A DNA stretch of 62,787 nt, the filler included, from Sphacelaria rigidula (Eukaryota), in NCBI GenBank assembly GCA_964200075.2. It is 4 parts of 4 records of this genome, joined end to end, with 100 filler letters (N's around TTAATTAATTAA, not from the genome) between each part and the next. Parts side by side here need not be neighbours in the genome. Positions count along the whole stretch, not along the records: positions 31,447 to 47,068 come from CAXNAA020001667.1; positions 47,169 to 62,787 come from CAXNAA020001668.1; 2 more parts are not named here. One strand, 5' to 3'. A program made the position numbers and the translations under genes. This document shows positions 38,101 to 51,070 of this stretch, in pieces. The notes beneath the pieces were generated by a model. That model made no database searches and was not told where the DNA came from. It saw only the letters and a program-made list of their open reading frames with translations. Within the stretch, counting starts at the first letter, position 1. Every line of letters begins with the position of its first letter.

Positions 38101-41100
38101 TCTCGGGTACGTCTATCCTGTGACTATCGTGTGACCACGGCTGGTCCTCTGAGGATCAGTTAAAGTGCGATAATCGATCAATCAATCAACCAACCAATCA
38201 ATCAATCAATCAATCAAATCGAACAAAAAATCAATAAAATCAATAGAATCACTAAAATCACTAAAATGAATCAAATCAATCATTATTTTGCTCTCTCGAT
38301 TGAATTTCCTCATATTTTCCCTTCCTCGAATTTTTCTTTTGCGAGTGTTTTCGATTATTGGCTCTTAGTATGCCTATATCGTATATAATGACCACGCTTA
38401 GATTCGTAATAGATCAGTTAATGCGCGACAATCAACCAATCAATTAGACAACCAATCAATCAATCATTTTGGACCACAGTACTCTTCGGCAACAAGAGCT
38501 GTGACAGCAGCCTTCAGCAGTAGGAAGATATTCATCATATTTCGCAGCATACGAGGCCGTATCGTGGGCATGCATGTGCACAACAGAGGTATCCTCAGCA
38601 TGGGGGAAAAAACGACAAAACAAAAAACGCATCGATAAAATTCAGACCGGTAACCAGCTCAAAAGGGGTACACATTTTCATTGTCGACAACGGTATGTTG
38701 AGGTACAGAGGTGGTCAGCGAGGTGCTTCATGGCGAATCCGGCCGACATGGTTCGTTACGGGACAATATGTCGCCAACCGCATGACGACTACTGACCCAA
38801 GCTGAACGGATCCGTTATACCGATGGTGGACCACCAGGGGGACACGGTAGCGGCCAAAACAAGGTACAGGAGTCGCCAAAACGGCCAAGTTTTTTAGCCC
38901 AAGGAATGTTGACGCCCACGGGAAGTGGAAGCGAGACGACGGCAACCTGTCGTTTGGGTAGAATTTTAGGGTTGAAGACAGCTCTTGCGGTTAATCCGTA
39001 ACGGCGCAGCTGTTTCAGGCATCAGTCACGCATTTATTTCAAGTTGCATAGAAGAGCAGCAATAGTAACATGCGATGTTCCCAGAATGCTAACGACACAA
39101 ATCGGGTCAAATTCATGATATTTTTTTGCGCAGCAAGGAAGAAAAAAATGTAACCAAACGTGGCCAGAACGACAAGGCTAAAATAGTACGTATCTTTTTC
39201 TGGTCGCTGCTTCGAGGAATGCAAGGAAGAAAATATTTCCTAGTCTGCAAATATCATGGCCTAGCTAGCACTGTACCCTCAAGTGGCCAAAATGACAAGG
39301 TTACCGCATACCTCCTTTTGGATGCTGCCCCAAAGGAAAAAATGAATAAAATGCCGTCCCTTATTTTGGTCGGTAATAAATCATGGTACACAGAAGAATA
39401 CGACAGTATGAATCTGAATTTATCTTCGACGACACTTTCTTACCTTTGGCGGGGGAGGATCTATGGTGACCTTGACGGCTATGGTGCTCGAATATCCACT
39501 GCCCTTGTGCACTACTCGTAGCTCAGCGACCTGGCTCCCTCAGCACGGACGAGATGAGCGCGTAGAAAGTGAGAGGGGGGGAAGGGGGGGTACTTATGAT
39601 CATGGATGCCATAGTCACATATGACCATTGACCTCGCATCCCTACAAAGCCGGGACGAAGCACGCCGGGTTTTCGCCGGACCAGGCTCGCAATCAATCAT
39701 CAAGCGCGAAGCGCGGTAATGTGTTCGGCGAGTCGCATGAAAGATGAGCTGCATTCTGCTAAGATTCTCCGGCCCAAAGCGCACTGATTATCCTGCACAT
39801 GGATGACAGCCTCCAATGAGTTGCTTCATTTTCTGGTATCGCCACTTCCAGAGACGGCGATAGGTTGCACACTGCCTCATGTGTGTGTCACCATATCAGC
39901 ACTACGTAGTACGATCATCTCCTTTGCGCAGAGTTCGGGTTCTCCACCCCGCACAACATGATCTAGCTCGACAACCATCATAGTTGCTACAAAACGCAAG
40001 CGAAACAAAAACTGTAACATGGCTCCCTAGCTTACGCAGTGAGTGGAGTGTTTTACAGCGTCGTCACCATCCGATGCGAACCCTTCAAGGCGGGGGAGGG
40101 GGCGTACTTATTTGTTGTTTGCCTTAGTCGTTTGACCATTGACCACGCATCCCTTCCGGGTGGGGGAGGGGGCAATCTGACGGTCAGCCACGCTATTTGT
40201 TCATGCAAAATTACAGGCAACCCTACGTATTTGCATAGATTGGCCCTTCATGAGCGGTACCCAGTAGCTGTCCTTCACACACAAACAGTCGGCATTTCAC
40301 CCTGCAGGCCACACCCGAGGCTCTTGCTTCTGGGATCAGGTACCTTCAACACAGAATCTCAAGGAGTTCATGATATTTATTCCGCGATGTAGAAGCATGA
40401 GTCATACCGCACAATATGAAAGTTCGAGGAAGTTTCGAGTAATATTTGAAAAAAATCGAACTTTGCCCAAAACGAAATATGAAATTTCAAAGAGGCATAT
40501 GTGTGTGCTTAGAGATCAATCGAAATTCGACTTCCGAACGATGGCAGATGACTTCAAAAAGAACAATGAAAAATGTACACTCGCAAATGGAGCAGGGGGT
40601 GGAGAGGGTACGAAGGGCTCAAGATTCAAAGCATATGATTCAGCTGCACAAGAGACAGTATATTTTTGCTGTCTGTTCGGCAGCGCGTGTGTGTGATACA
40701 GTAAGTCAAACTAACAAGCTCTGCGAACGAATCAGCTCGACTTGAAGACCACATAGCACTGGGTACCCCTCAGGGGCTGGGCGTTCAACAACGTTCAACA
40801 CAGGCAGCAAGTGTGCTCTGATATGTTTGGGGCAGGTACACTTGCTGACACGGGTGTAGAGGCAAGATAGACCAATCTGACACCACTTCACGAAATACTC
40901 CAAAACGGCTGTCGCGCATGAATGGGGTGAGTATGTATACGCGATCTATATATTCAAGCACAAGAATATACATGATGAATGAAATTAACGCTCGACTCGC
41001 GCTGTAAAGCGGGTTAACCTCCAACTATCGCCCCATAGGCCGCGTGTTGCATGTGTTGCATGTTTGTGGTGTTACAAAATTCTAGCTTTGTAGCCGCCGC

Positions 41101-44100
41101 GCCCCGAGGGTGTAAGGGTACAACTGACATCATCACGGCGGGGAAAACGCAGGTTCGATTGCCGCTGGATGGATTTACATCAGTCTGGCTTTTTGGTCAC
41201 AAGTCTTTCATTTCTGTTGTCGAAAGTGTGAGCACGTGAATAGTCAAAACTTTTTTCATTTTTTAGTCCTTCTCCGTTTCTTTCCTTTCCCTTTTATTTT
41301 GTCTAGTTCTGCTTGTTTGTACTTGTCTGTGCTCTTGTCTCTGTCTTGCTTTGCTTTGGTTCGGTATTTGTTCTTTCATTTACTCGGCCTTATTTCTTCT
41401 ATATTTTTTACTTCTGCCCTTTAATTTTTTGTCTAGTGAGCAATCCCCTCTTATTGACCTTGGGCGCACCACATTCATCTAGTGGCCACGGCTTCTACGC
41501 AGAACTATTAGCCCGAGGCGCGTTCTTTAGACCCGTATAAAAATGTGCCCCAGCGCTACACGGACTCAGTATAAAGAAAATAGACAGGTGGTGCCGAGTT
41601 TTGTTTGTTTAGACTTGAAGAACGCAGTGCTGATTTTGGCTGTGCACACAAACTTGAACAAACTTGATCCGTTGCACCCCTCACTGGACAAGACTGATCC
41701 GACCGCACCGGGGTGACATTTTTCGTGCGCGCATGACGTGTACTGGTGGATTTCTATCTGGCCTTTCGCCGTGAAAATGGCCGCCGTCCGTCTTTTCTCT
41801 TTCCATCTTTATTTCTTTGTCGGGGCTTGAAGTAATAAGGTAGCTGGCCCGGGTACGGAAGGGGAGAGTTCCTAAAAGGCCCATGTGGGATATCCAATCT
41901 ATCAATCAATCGACGCAACACCATCTCACAGCGAATCTGACCGCGAATTGTTCAGCTTCCGGATTTTCGTGTCGACTCCAGTACCGTGGTGGAGAGTAAC
42001 ATGTGCGACTTTCGTACTTGAAAACAAATAGGACGATTGACTGTACAGTGTACTTTGTCCGTGCGGGCATCAAGTAGGCAAGTGTTTGGGCGTTCCCAGC
42101 AAACGTATACACGTTCAGTACGTATCCGCCTTCCGTTTTCCGTACAAGAGACAAATATTCAGGCCGTAGTCCAGAACCCCAACGCACCTGCGCCAACGTC
42201 TCATAAAATGCGATTTTATGCTTTGTAACAAGAACAAAATATATTTCAGGTTTGGATTTTTTTTTTTTTAAACATGGAATGATACGTTGGTTGGTACAGT
42301 ACATACGGTGTACGTATTCAAGTCCTCGAGAGTGACCTTAGCCCACTCATAGCTGTATACGGGAAACTTACACGGTTCGGACAAATCAAAGTTCATACGG
42401 GTTGACTTTCCAGGAATGTGGAATGCGAACCATGTACCAAGGAGCCATCCGGTACGAATCACCGATGGAAAAGTTGTACATTCAGGGTCGTACCACACGC
42501 ATCACGAAGGTGTACACCCCAAGTAGTATCAGTCGAACCAAGCCTTCAACATACGTACGAATCACAATTCCTGAATAAATCATGGGTGGGAAACATGTAC
42601 ACTTGGTTCATGCTTTATGAACGGAAAGTGGGAAGTATGTACGCTTGATTCACCTCTCATGGATGGAAGGCAAAGAACAGGTCCAAGTGATCCCTGCTGC
42701 ACGGACGGAAAATGGGAAAATATGTACCTGTGATTCAGGTCGTATGAATGCTGGGTGAGGAACGCGTGCCCATGATTCATGCCGCATGGATGAAAGGGGA
42801 GATACATGTACGCCTGATTCACCTCGTTCGAATGGAAGGTGGGGAACGTGTATCTTTGATAGATGCTCACCAACGCAAGGTGGAAAGCAAGTACATGAAC
42901 CACATCATTCATGCTGTATGAATCAGAGGGGAAAGGTACAGCATGTGCTTATGATTCATTTTTTTGTTGTCCGTTGTCCGCTGTACAGATTGTAGAGTAC
43001 TACGCTGTGCTGTGCTGTGCTGCACTGTCCGCCAACTGCGGTGGGCGCTGCCGGAGTGTTTCCGAAACTCACGGGAACATGTGGGGACGACTCTTGCAGT
43101 ACTGATGTCGTCTGAAGCTGTCCTTGTATTGATTTAATACATTCAGGCCAGCTGTTCAGCAGAACACACGAGGAGCAGAAAGGCCGTCAATCGCTTAGCT
43201 CGGGAAAAAAAATAGCTGGAAGAATTACTCCAAGCGCGCAGATTCGTGCAGGTGCTACGTTTTCGCAAATGTTCGTGGTATCGTATACAGTATTTTGGTT
43301 TTGATTGATTGGTTGAATGTCGCACTTCAACTGTCCCGCCAGGGATACAGCCGTGATCGCATGATAGACGTACCCAACACACAACTATGAACCACTTGCT
43401 GAAAAAAAAAGTAGAAGAGAAGGACATAGTAGACTAGGACGCTCGAGACAGGAAAAAAAAAATAATAACATGAGAAAATAAATAAAAGGAAAAGAAAGCA
43501 CAAAAAGAACTGGCCGGTCTCTGCCATACGGCTTCAGCTACAAGGTTTTGCGCAGAACCACACTCATACCCAGTCGTAGGAGACAAGAGAACATGGGAAG
43601 GAAAATATTGCAGCCATCTACTACAAACGCTCTATTTAGGGTATGGGCCTTCTCAATTACGAAGAAACACAATGAGCGAGGCACCACGTTGCTCTGACAT
43701 AAACCATACACCGGCAGGAAAGAACATGTTTGTATAGAGAGAAAGATGGAAATAAGGGAGAACAGAGAGGAGACTACAAAAGTGAAGCAAAAAAGAGAAA
43801 AAATTCAACGCAGCAGAGCAGATACAGACACACACCAGGGAGCACCGCAAAGCCACTAAGGATACAATCAACAACCGATATGAGCAGACAGTATTCTTCG
43901 ATCGGCGGCTCTCGACGCAGCAGCCTCTCGTTTGTGGCGGCGGTCCGATTCTCGTTTGTCCGGGCGTCGCCACGCATTTTCAAACTTTTCCGCTCCTTTT
44001 TTGACTCCAATATGCCATTTGTCAATTTTTTTCGCCGCAGTGACCAAATCATGTGCATCGTCAACCAAGAGCATGGTCTGCACACAGTGTGCTTGACCAT

Positions 44101-45439
44101 CACATAAGACACCGGGCTGGGGGTTGCGGAATACAAATGGCCAGCCGGGATGATAGTTGCAGTCGAGAGTCTAGCATACGTGACTCCAGACCATACGAGT
44201 GCGGCACAGACAGCACTGCATAACATAGACTCACTTTCACGTGCAGAGGCGTGGTCTTGACTTGATTGCAAGCGAGATCTCTCCAAGTAGACGGATGATA
44301 GCTTTTTTGTTAGGCTTTGCTACTGGATAGCTGAACGATAGAACTAGGTGGCTGGAAGTTGTGAGGGACTGGATACGGAGTAAACCAAACTGGAATACAG
44401 CACTAGTAAGATGCGAATGGAATACGACCTATTGCACATGCCATGCGTACTTCGAAACGCCTTCTCTACTTACAGCTGATATCCACCGTAACATCTCATT
44501 CATGCCGAATGAATGAAAGATGGGAAACATGTACCCATGATTCACACCACACGAATGAAAGGTAAAAAACGTGTACCTTCACCACACGAATGAAAGGTAG
44601 GAAACGTGTACCTTCGACAGTGCACCGCACGAACCACGAACTGGGAATGTGTACCCTCCAGGTAGTATCGTACGAATCACCAACCCACAACATGTACAAA
44701 TCGTAACTTGTGTACAAATTGTATCACAGTCGAATATGAATCGAATCACATTTGTATCCGTCCTAACCGTGGAAAATTAACAATTGAGGAATAGGAATCT
44801 GCGTGCGTGACTATTGTAGTGGTGAGAAGCTGGGATTTTCGATGTGCTTGTCTCGACGGCCTGTCGTTCTAGTCCGCGATTCACTCCTGCGCGTTTTTTT
44901 CTTTCCATCCTATTGGCTTTTCCATATACCCCCGGGGTGGAAGTCTAATACGATAGCCATACTCCCAGGGCACATGACGAACACGGTAACATAACCCCCA
45001 GGACGGCGAATGGGTACCACGGTAGTACACGAGGGAAAACTGTTTTGACGTCTATGATTTATTACTTGGATTGAGCATGTATTTGGATGCCAATCGAATA
45101 CCAGTTAAAGCATAAAGCGGAGGGACATTTACGCTATTTATCGTATTGATGATAATAATAATGAAAATAATAATACTAGTAACAATCGTAGTAGTAACAA
45201 TAGTGATGAGAAGAAGAAGAAGAAGAGGAACATAACCGCAGTTCCCACTCCAACTTTCGCGCGAGATACTCATAAATGTTTCAACATCCTGCGCCTAACG
45301 TGAACCCAAGCCGCACCTGCATGTCCATCACCACCTGAGCGGTGGCGCAGTTAATCACCCCCTCCACGAACCCCAGCGCAGCATTTGCAGTGTCCTGATC
45401 CGGAGGAGGAGCCGAGATGGACACCTTCACATCATCATC
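32153..45439 (-). CDS. Mitochondrial carrier family (SLC25) protein, phosphate-carrier-like, with long N-terminal repeat-containing extension; partial at both ends
   Basis: Six in-phase GT-AG exons: 45439-45317, 39530-39444, 36453-36217, 36002-35944, 35195-35006, 32316-32153. Carrier signature P-x-D-x-x-K-x-R (IPLDVVKTRMQ) and PiC-like helix 2 (GFGATTVGYLLYGGLSFGFTEFLK). Confidence 0.9.
37820..38222 (+). mobile_element. Retroposon-like 3' end with (AATC)n tail
   Basis: Pyrimidine-rich body, then gaccacggctgg...atcagttaa.gtgcga.aatc and (aatc)n. Related ends at 38390-38466, 55909-55968 and, on the minus strand, 17850-17925, 36690-36760 and 43300-43380. Confidence 0.65.
39575..40160 (-). mobile_element. 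Second near-full copy of the ~600-bp repeat
   Basis: Reverse-complement homolog of 15724-16284, bounded by G-rich runs; lies ~45 bp from the acceptor of carrier exon 39530-39444. Confidence 0.85.
42371..44771. mobile_element. Interrupted TIR element with internal ~38-bp tandem repeats
   Basis: Ends cacggttcggac / gtcctaaccgtg. Degenerate units (tgtacc..tgattca....cacgaatgaaaggtgggaaaca) at ~42570-42960 and ~44497-44700, separated by unrelated insertions. Confidence 0.55.
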
Positions 45440-46516
45440 CTGAAGGCATCGGCAAGGGGGGGGGGGTCTCATTTTTTGCTTGCCGTCGTTTGACCATTGA
45501 CCACGTGTGCCTTTCGGGACAGAGCACCGTTCCTACTCCTAATAGAGACACCCTCAATACTTGGGCGCTAGGTACATTTCTTCCATACATTATACACAAG
45601 AACCTTATACAAATCTCCCCCCCCCTCTCCCATCAATCAGTTTGTGAAGCGATCGTTCCCTGGCTACTTTTTGATGATCCAAACGATTAATGCCACAGTC
45701 GTTCACGTCTCACATCTCCCTCTGTTCGGGGGGGGGGGGGGGGGGGGGGGGGGGGTACTCATCTGTTGCTTGCCTTAGCCATTTGACCGTTGACAACGCA
45801 TCCCCGTCGAGGCGGAGCACAGGGGGTGGGGGAAGCATGTACAGCGAGGTACATGATACATAATGCGGAGACATGTAGCCAGCACAGTAACTTTCGACTC
45901 TGAGATGGACTATGTCACATGTGGGGTTCAGAACGGCTCTTTTCTCGCTACACAAAACGCCTGTTTTCATGATCATGAGGATACTGGGCACCTACATGAA
46001 AAAAGTTTCCGGAGAACCCCTGTCAGGTTCTGACGGTGCAGTCAACAGCGTACAGAGTGAGTCAGTATGTATGCGGTACGTCTCCGCTGGATTCAACGGC
46101 AAGAAACAGTCAGCGTGCCATCGCTCTCTACTGAACACAATTCACCGCATGCTGCTGATGCTGATGCTTAATGTTCCACAACACCACAGTGAGAAGCTAT
46201 GTGGGCAACGCATGAGGCGTCAGACAGGCGGCATAGACATCGAGCAGAGTACAAAGCAAGCAAGTTATACTCATGTAATTTACGGCTGGGTTATCATGAC
46301 AAAAATGATAAATACCGGTAAAAAGCCAAGTAGTCCACCTGTAGCCCATCTGTAGGATAACTACGTGCTCATTTGACAGCCATAATTGTTCAGAATGGTC
46401 ATTCCGCACCTCTCGGGCCTCGTGCTTGGCTTAGAATCTTCCGCGGGAAACTTCCGAACACATGAAGTTGACTTGGTGAGCTTTTTGACTGCTCTGCGGA
46501 CAGCCCCCCTCCCCCC

Positions 46517-47068
46517 CCTCAGAACAGGGTTGGGAATGTGCACACTTGAAAGACATGAGAAAATTGCGATGACGATATAGCGTGAAGAACATGCAGTGAA
46601 AGAGACTGCCAGCTGTGGTTGATAGGGCTATATGGAAGAAAAGTACGAACGGGAATGCTATAAGGTGGGATAGAGAAGTCGAGAAAGTATGGCAGGAGAC
46701 AGGCGGAAACCAAGCCGAAATACTGTCCATGGATGAAGGCGTGGGGTACAAGACAAAAGTAAGAAACATGACATGAATAAGGAGAAAATGAGCGCTCAGA
46801 CGCAAGGTCCACGAGGAGGAACACCTCAAGATATACGGAGGGTTGAGAGAGGGGATCGGAATGAAGACCTATCTGCATGGCCCCATGGACGCGGCGGAAA
46901 ATATGAAACTGCGATTTCGGGTGGAGGACCTGGACCTGCCAGAAAGAAGAAGGAGATATCACAGTAGTCGTGTGGAGGAAGAAGCAGATGGACAGAACTG
47001 CCTCTGTGGCAAAGCAATAGAAAGCAGAAGTCATGTAGTTGCAGAATGTGAGCTATACAAGGAGGAAC
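46517..47068 (+). mobile_element. Non-LTR retrotransposon (LINE) ORF2 C-terminal remnant
   Basis: Decayed frame with stops and frameshifts (KRLPAVVDRAIW... EEEHLKIYGGLREGIGMKTYLHGPMD...) ending in a CCHC-type knuckle CLCGKAIESRSHVVAEC. Cut by the scaffold end. Confidence 0.75.
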
Positions 47069-47168
47069 NNNNNNNNNNNNNNNNNNNNNNNNNNNNNNNN
47101 NNNNNNNNNNNNTTAATTAATTAANNNNNNNNNNNNNNNNNNNNNNNNNNNNNNNNNNNNNNNNNNNN
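47069..47168. other. Artificial scaffold spacer N44-TTAATTAATTAA-N44
   Basis: Identical 100-bp spacer. Confidence 0.99.
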
Positions 47169-47314
47169 AATGCGAGGTCAATGGTCTTGTGACTATGGCA
47201 TGCATGATCATGAGTACACTGAAAAAGGCCGAAACCCAACGACCGCGAGAATCATGAGTACACCCCCTCCCCAATCGTGGCATCACTCCACACCAGCGTG
47301 ATGATTGTGCACAC

Positions 47315-47406
47315 CTGGACTTCCCGACGTTCGGCACTCCTACAATGCCGACCTTCACGTTGTTGCCCGGTCGCCCGAGCGTGACTTTCTTCGGCTCATC
47401 CCCGCC
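47315..47406 (-). CDS. OLA1: Obg-like ATPase OLA1/YchF, N-terminal exon (rest lies beyond the scaffold end)
   Basis: cag|GGDEPKKVTLGRPGNNVKVGIVGVPNVGKS(S)|gtgtgc: the characteristic LGRPGNNxKxGIVGxPNVGKS P-loop, with AG/GT boundaries. First exon not located. Confidence 0.9.
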
Positions 47407-48444
47407 CTGCTTGCCGCACAACCCAAGCACGTGATTGCGCGACACGACCGAATGATCGTTAGAACGATATCACACGGAAAGAAAGGGTGGATAGAATTAA
47501 AACCACAACATGAGCGCAAGAGGATACTCGCGATGTTGGCAGGAAGGGGGTACGGACGGGTATATCCTTCATTAGATCCACGTCCTTCTGTCCCGTGTGT
47601 ATCTATCTCATCGGAGTTCTTTCCGAGAGAGAGCACCCCCCCTCCCTCGCGGCCCCCGTCCTCACCAAAAGTCACGGCAATACGTTTTCTCTTGTTGTTT
47701 GTCATTCGTTCAAGAGCTCCCTCTTGCGTGTTGTAGCTGCACCGCATGCTTGGTGACGGCATGGCGCTACTGTATGTCAACACATAATCGCATCAGATGG
47801 CGTCCGAGATTCATTCCCCTAGTAAAAATAGCCACGAATAAAAACACTGAAAGAAACATCTGGACAACAGCTCTGGCTGAACAACGCTACAAGCTCAGAT
47901 ATTGAGGACCTCGACATACGCAGTACATCCCTCCTGGCGCGAGTGTTCACAGACAAATAGGAGCTGCGCCGCTAACTGTAGCGTCATGACTGACGTTGCA
48001 GATCGACCGCCGATATTGTTCCGAAAAGAGATTTTGTTCCGAAGGGCAACATCTAGCTCAACAAATACAGCTCATGTACGCAACGTCAACGACAGCCGAG
48101 TCAACACAGGTATCGGTCGATATCGGCACGTAATAAAGGACGGGGTCGCCGCTGACATTGGCAACGGAACAAGAATGGCCCATGAAATTGTAACCAAGCT
48201 GACGTGTATCTGACTTCATGTCCGAGCGAGATTTGTAACCCATCGGTGACAGTCGAAACAGTGGACCACACGCATGTATGCTGTTGGCGCGATGACCGCT
48301 ATTGTACCGTGCTGATACCTAATTCGTGTCAGGCGATAAGTGACAACGTTAACCCATTGATTGATCGATTGATACACACCAGCTAACACGCCAGGAACCC
48401 TGTCATCGTCACAATATAGACATATCCGAGGAAAACACCCATAC

Positions 48445-49199
48445 CAGCGCTTGTCACGGAAACGAAAAGACACGGGAATTCCGTAATTCCGTTCGGAGAC
48501 GGGAACGCGTTTCTGTGTCGTCCGGCCTTGTCGATTTCTGGTGGCGGAGAAACGGTCCCGTCAGGTCTGATTGTTTTTTGGCGACGGGAACATGGTCCCG
48601 TTGCGTCTCGTCCTCACGAGAGGATCTTCGATATACCTCACGGGTATTCCCGTAGGATTAGACGGGACTTCCCGTCAACAGAACGGGAATTCCCGTCCAA
48701 TGTGACGGAACTTCGGGTATATCTTTGAAAATGTGGGATGTGGATACTTATTCTTGATTTTCGGTCTCTGGTCCCTCCCACAGCTCATTCTCATACTTTA
48801 CATTAACCGACGGACGGTGACGACTATCGTATCGAGGCCTTGTCACGGACGTTCAGGACGGGTATTCTGGTGCCCTTGAAGGCCACGGAAAAGGACCGGT
48901 TTCCCGCCACTACTATGAGTCATTTCAACTGCTGTTGTTGGATGTTGTACTCTCATATCGGCGATCGTTTTTTTGTGAATATGTCCGAGCATCACTGGAC
49001 CAGAATATAGTCTCACCGCGCTTGTTTCGAGGAGGATCAACACACATTGCCGTGAGGACGTGAAACATGACGGTAAGGGACGAGACAGGAAAATCTCACG
49101 GGAAATTTCTCGCTCCGGCAATCCTTCGAGTTCCTGTTCTGCGCCGTCATTGTTTTGGCAACAGGATCTCGTTCCCGTACAGTCCCGTGATTAGCCATG
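48445..49199. mobile_element. hAT-like non-autonomous element(s) with many ACGGGA/TCCCGT subterminal motifs
   Basis: Ends cagcgcttgtcacgg / ccgtgattagccatg, a second left end near 48833, and dense acggga...tcccgt mini-palindromes. No clear TSD. Confidence 0.55.
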
Positions 49200-50644
49200 G
49201 ATGATGAACTCCAAAAGCCAAATGGCATCGCGTTTCTTCATGTTCCAGACGTTTCAACGTAGAAACACGACACGATGACATTATCCACCCGCGGACCCCT
49301 TTGCTACATGTCTAGTTGCGAGGACAATTTACCTGTGACGCGGCAAACGCTTCTTGCATCAGTTGCTTGCGAGGGTCCTCGCCAAAAAACTTACAAGTCT
49401 CATGATCAAAACCCATGGATTCAGACCAAAATCATACTTGTTTGTCCCTCCACGGCTCCAATGCTGATGTTGCGTATGGGGCCATAACGAAGGTGAAGCT
49501 CAAATACCGCGCCGATTTTTCCACGTGGGCGGGAAAATAAGCGACTCTATCGAACAACCGCCGGAAAAGCCGCCGGGGTGCGTCGATCAGCCTGTGAAAA
49601 TCTCAAGTTCTACACTGTGCGACGGAGCCACAGATAAAAGAGAGAATCAAAGTCTCGCCCGTCCCGGTGATATGGGGACAGGGCTGGCATATCTCAAGCA
49701 TGAATTGCCGTTGGGCTACGTGTCGCACCATTCAACTGTTTTGCATCTGTGTAAACGGTACGGCGCTGTACTTTACAGTCAGGTTTGTATAGACTGTGCT
49801 ATTTCCATCAACTGGTATATAGAACCGTACGGTCGGTGGGTATTATCGTTTTCCACCACTACTGAACACTGTTCTTCTGGATATACTCAGCCCCAGTCAG
49901 TGCCACAACAGTTATGGGTAGGAATGGGGACCGATTTCGGGTACTGTATTTCTGGAAAGTGCAAGCCGAACGCTACATGCATCAGAAGTGGCCCGTAATC
50001 CAACGAATCATATCAATGGAGAATACACGCGTCACCTACATGAAACGATCTGGCTCATACGAAATGAAGCACATTCCCCGGACATTTATTCGAGCTTGGG
50101 AGTGGTCAGTGTTGAGGTGATACTGTCCCTCCGGAAAGCTCGCTCCACATCAGTAGATGGACAATTTTGTTGCACCAGCTAGTGTCCTGCTTCTGCCTGT
50201 ACCACCCGGGCAGAACACGCCCTCAAGCTGCCACATCACGTTTACCGTCATTGCGAAGACAATAAGACAAGAACACAAAGAGCAGCTGTTGTGGCCGCCA
50301 CACACCAACGTAACTGCAGTGAAATGCGTGCCTGACAGTGCTAGAACGAGAAGGTACGGAAATTTGGAGATCATGAGCAGCAGCGTCGCGCATGTGAAAA
50401 CTACTGACAACGATGTTGATGATGTTGACGATCAAAAGGTACGCTGTGCGGATTGGCTGTGCGCTGTGTATTATACAAACAGCTGTGACTGCGTGATTGG
50501 AGAGCGAATTTTTCATGGGCCCCACGGGGTCAGAGTCATGGCATGAGTGGAAGGAATATCATCTTGTCAGTCGCTTGGGCAAGGTCTGGTTCACTCTGTC
50601 CAGATCAATGTCTTCGACGTTGATTTCCCCTCATTTCAAAATCT

Positions 50645-51070
50645 CGTAAGCGAAGAAGTTGGACAAACGTGACAAAAAAAATTATGAGGCCGGCAGAGAC
50701 GGGATGGATGGTGATATGGGAGGGGGCGACGCTTCTCAAATGAGGTGAATTGGTTAGTCACGGACTGAGCTCCTTCCCGCCTGTGTTGTGTCCCGTTTAA
50801 ACAGCAAGTTGGCTAAAGTCGTAAAGCTTACATGTTCTTTGCAGTATGAACAGGCAGCCACGTGAAACATCGTTGCTCTGCCGACTCGGTCATACATGGC
50901 CAGTGGGTCATCGAAATAAAAATCGCTCTAGACGCCTTGGGTTTGGCACACGGTGCACAGATGGAGGCAAGAACTTTGACTGGCACGATTTTTTCACCAG
51001 AGCCTCCCAATTTGCCGAAATACGACTGCATTTCTTCAATCAGTGCGAGAATCGAGTGGGAATTGAGTGG
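50645..51070 (+). pseudogene. Decayed GxxExxY-like PD-(D/E)XK nuclease remnant
   Basis: SADSVIHGQWVIEIKIALDALGLAHGAQM fits the AD...ExK...L...HxAQ core. A paralogous copy at ~52115-52205 reads SADLGIH..(frameshift)IKIALRAL. Disrupted; recognised by eye only. Confidence 0.4.

Noticed and set aside
42100-42220. Extra carrier exon (HKIAFYETLAQ or VRWGSGLRPEY...) on the minus strand
   Set aside because: Exons 45439-45317 and 39530-39444 already join in phase and complete the repeat unit; this peptide does not fit.
42570-42960. ~38-bp periodic repeats as a CRISPR array
   Set aside because: Head-to-tail degenerate units without unique spacers, in a eukaryotic intron, with no cas genes.
16729-47406. 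Apparent mitochondrial/redox gene cluster (NDUFV2, glutaredoxin, carrier, OLA1)
   Set aside because: Only NDUFV2 and glutaredoxin share a scaffold; the others are joined artificially.
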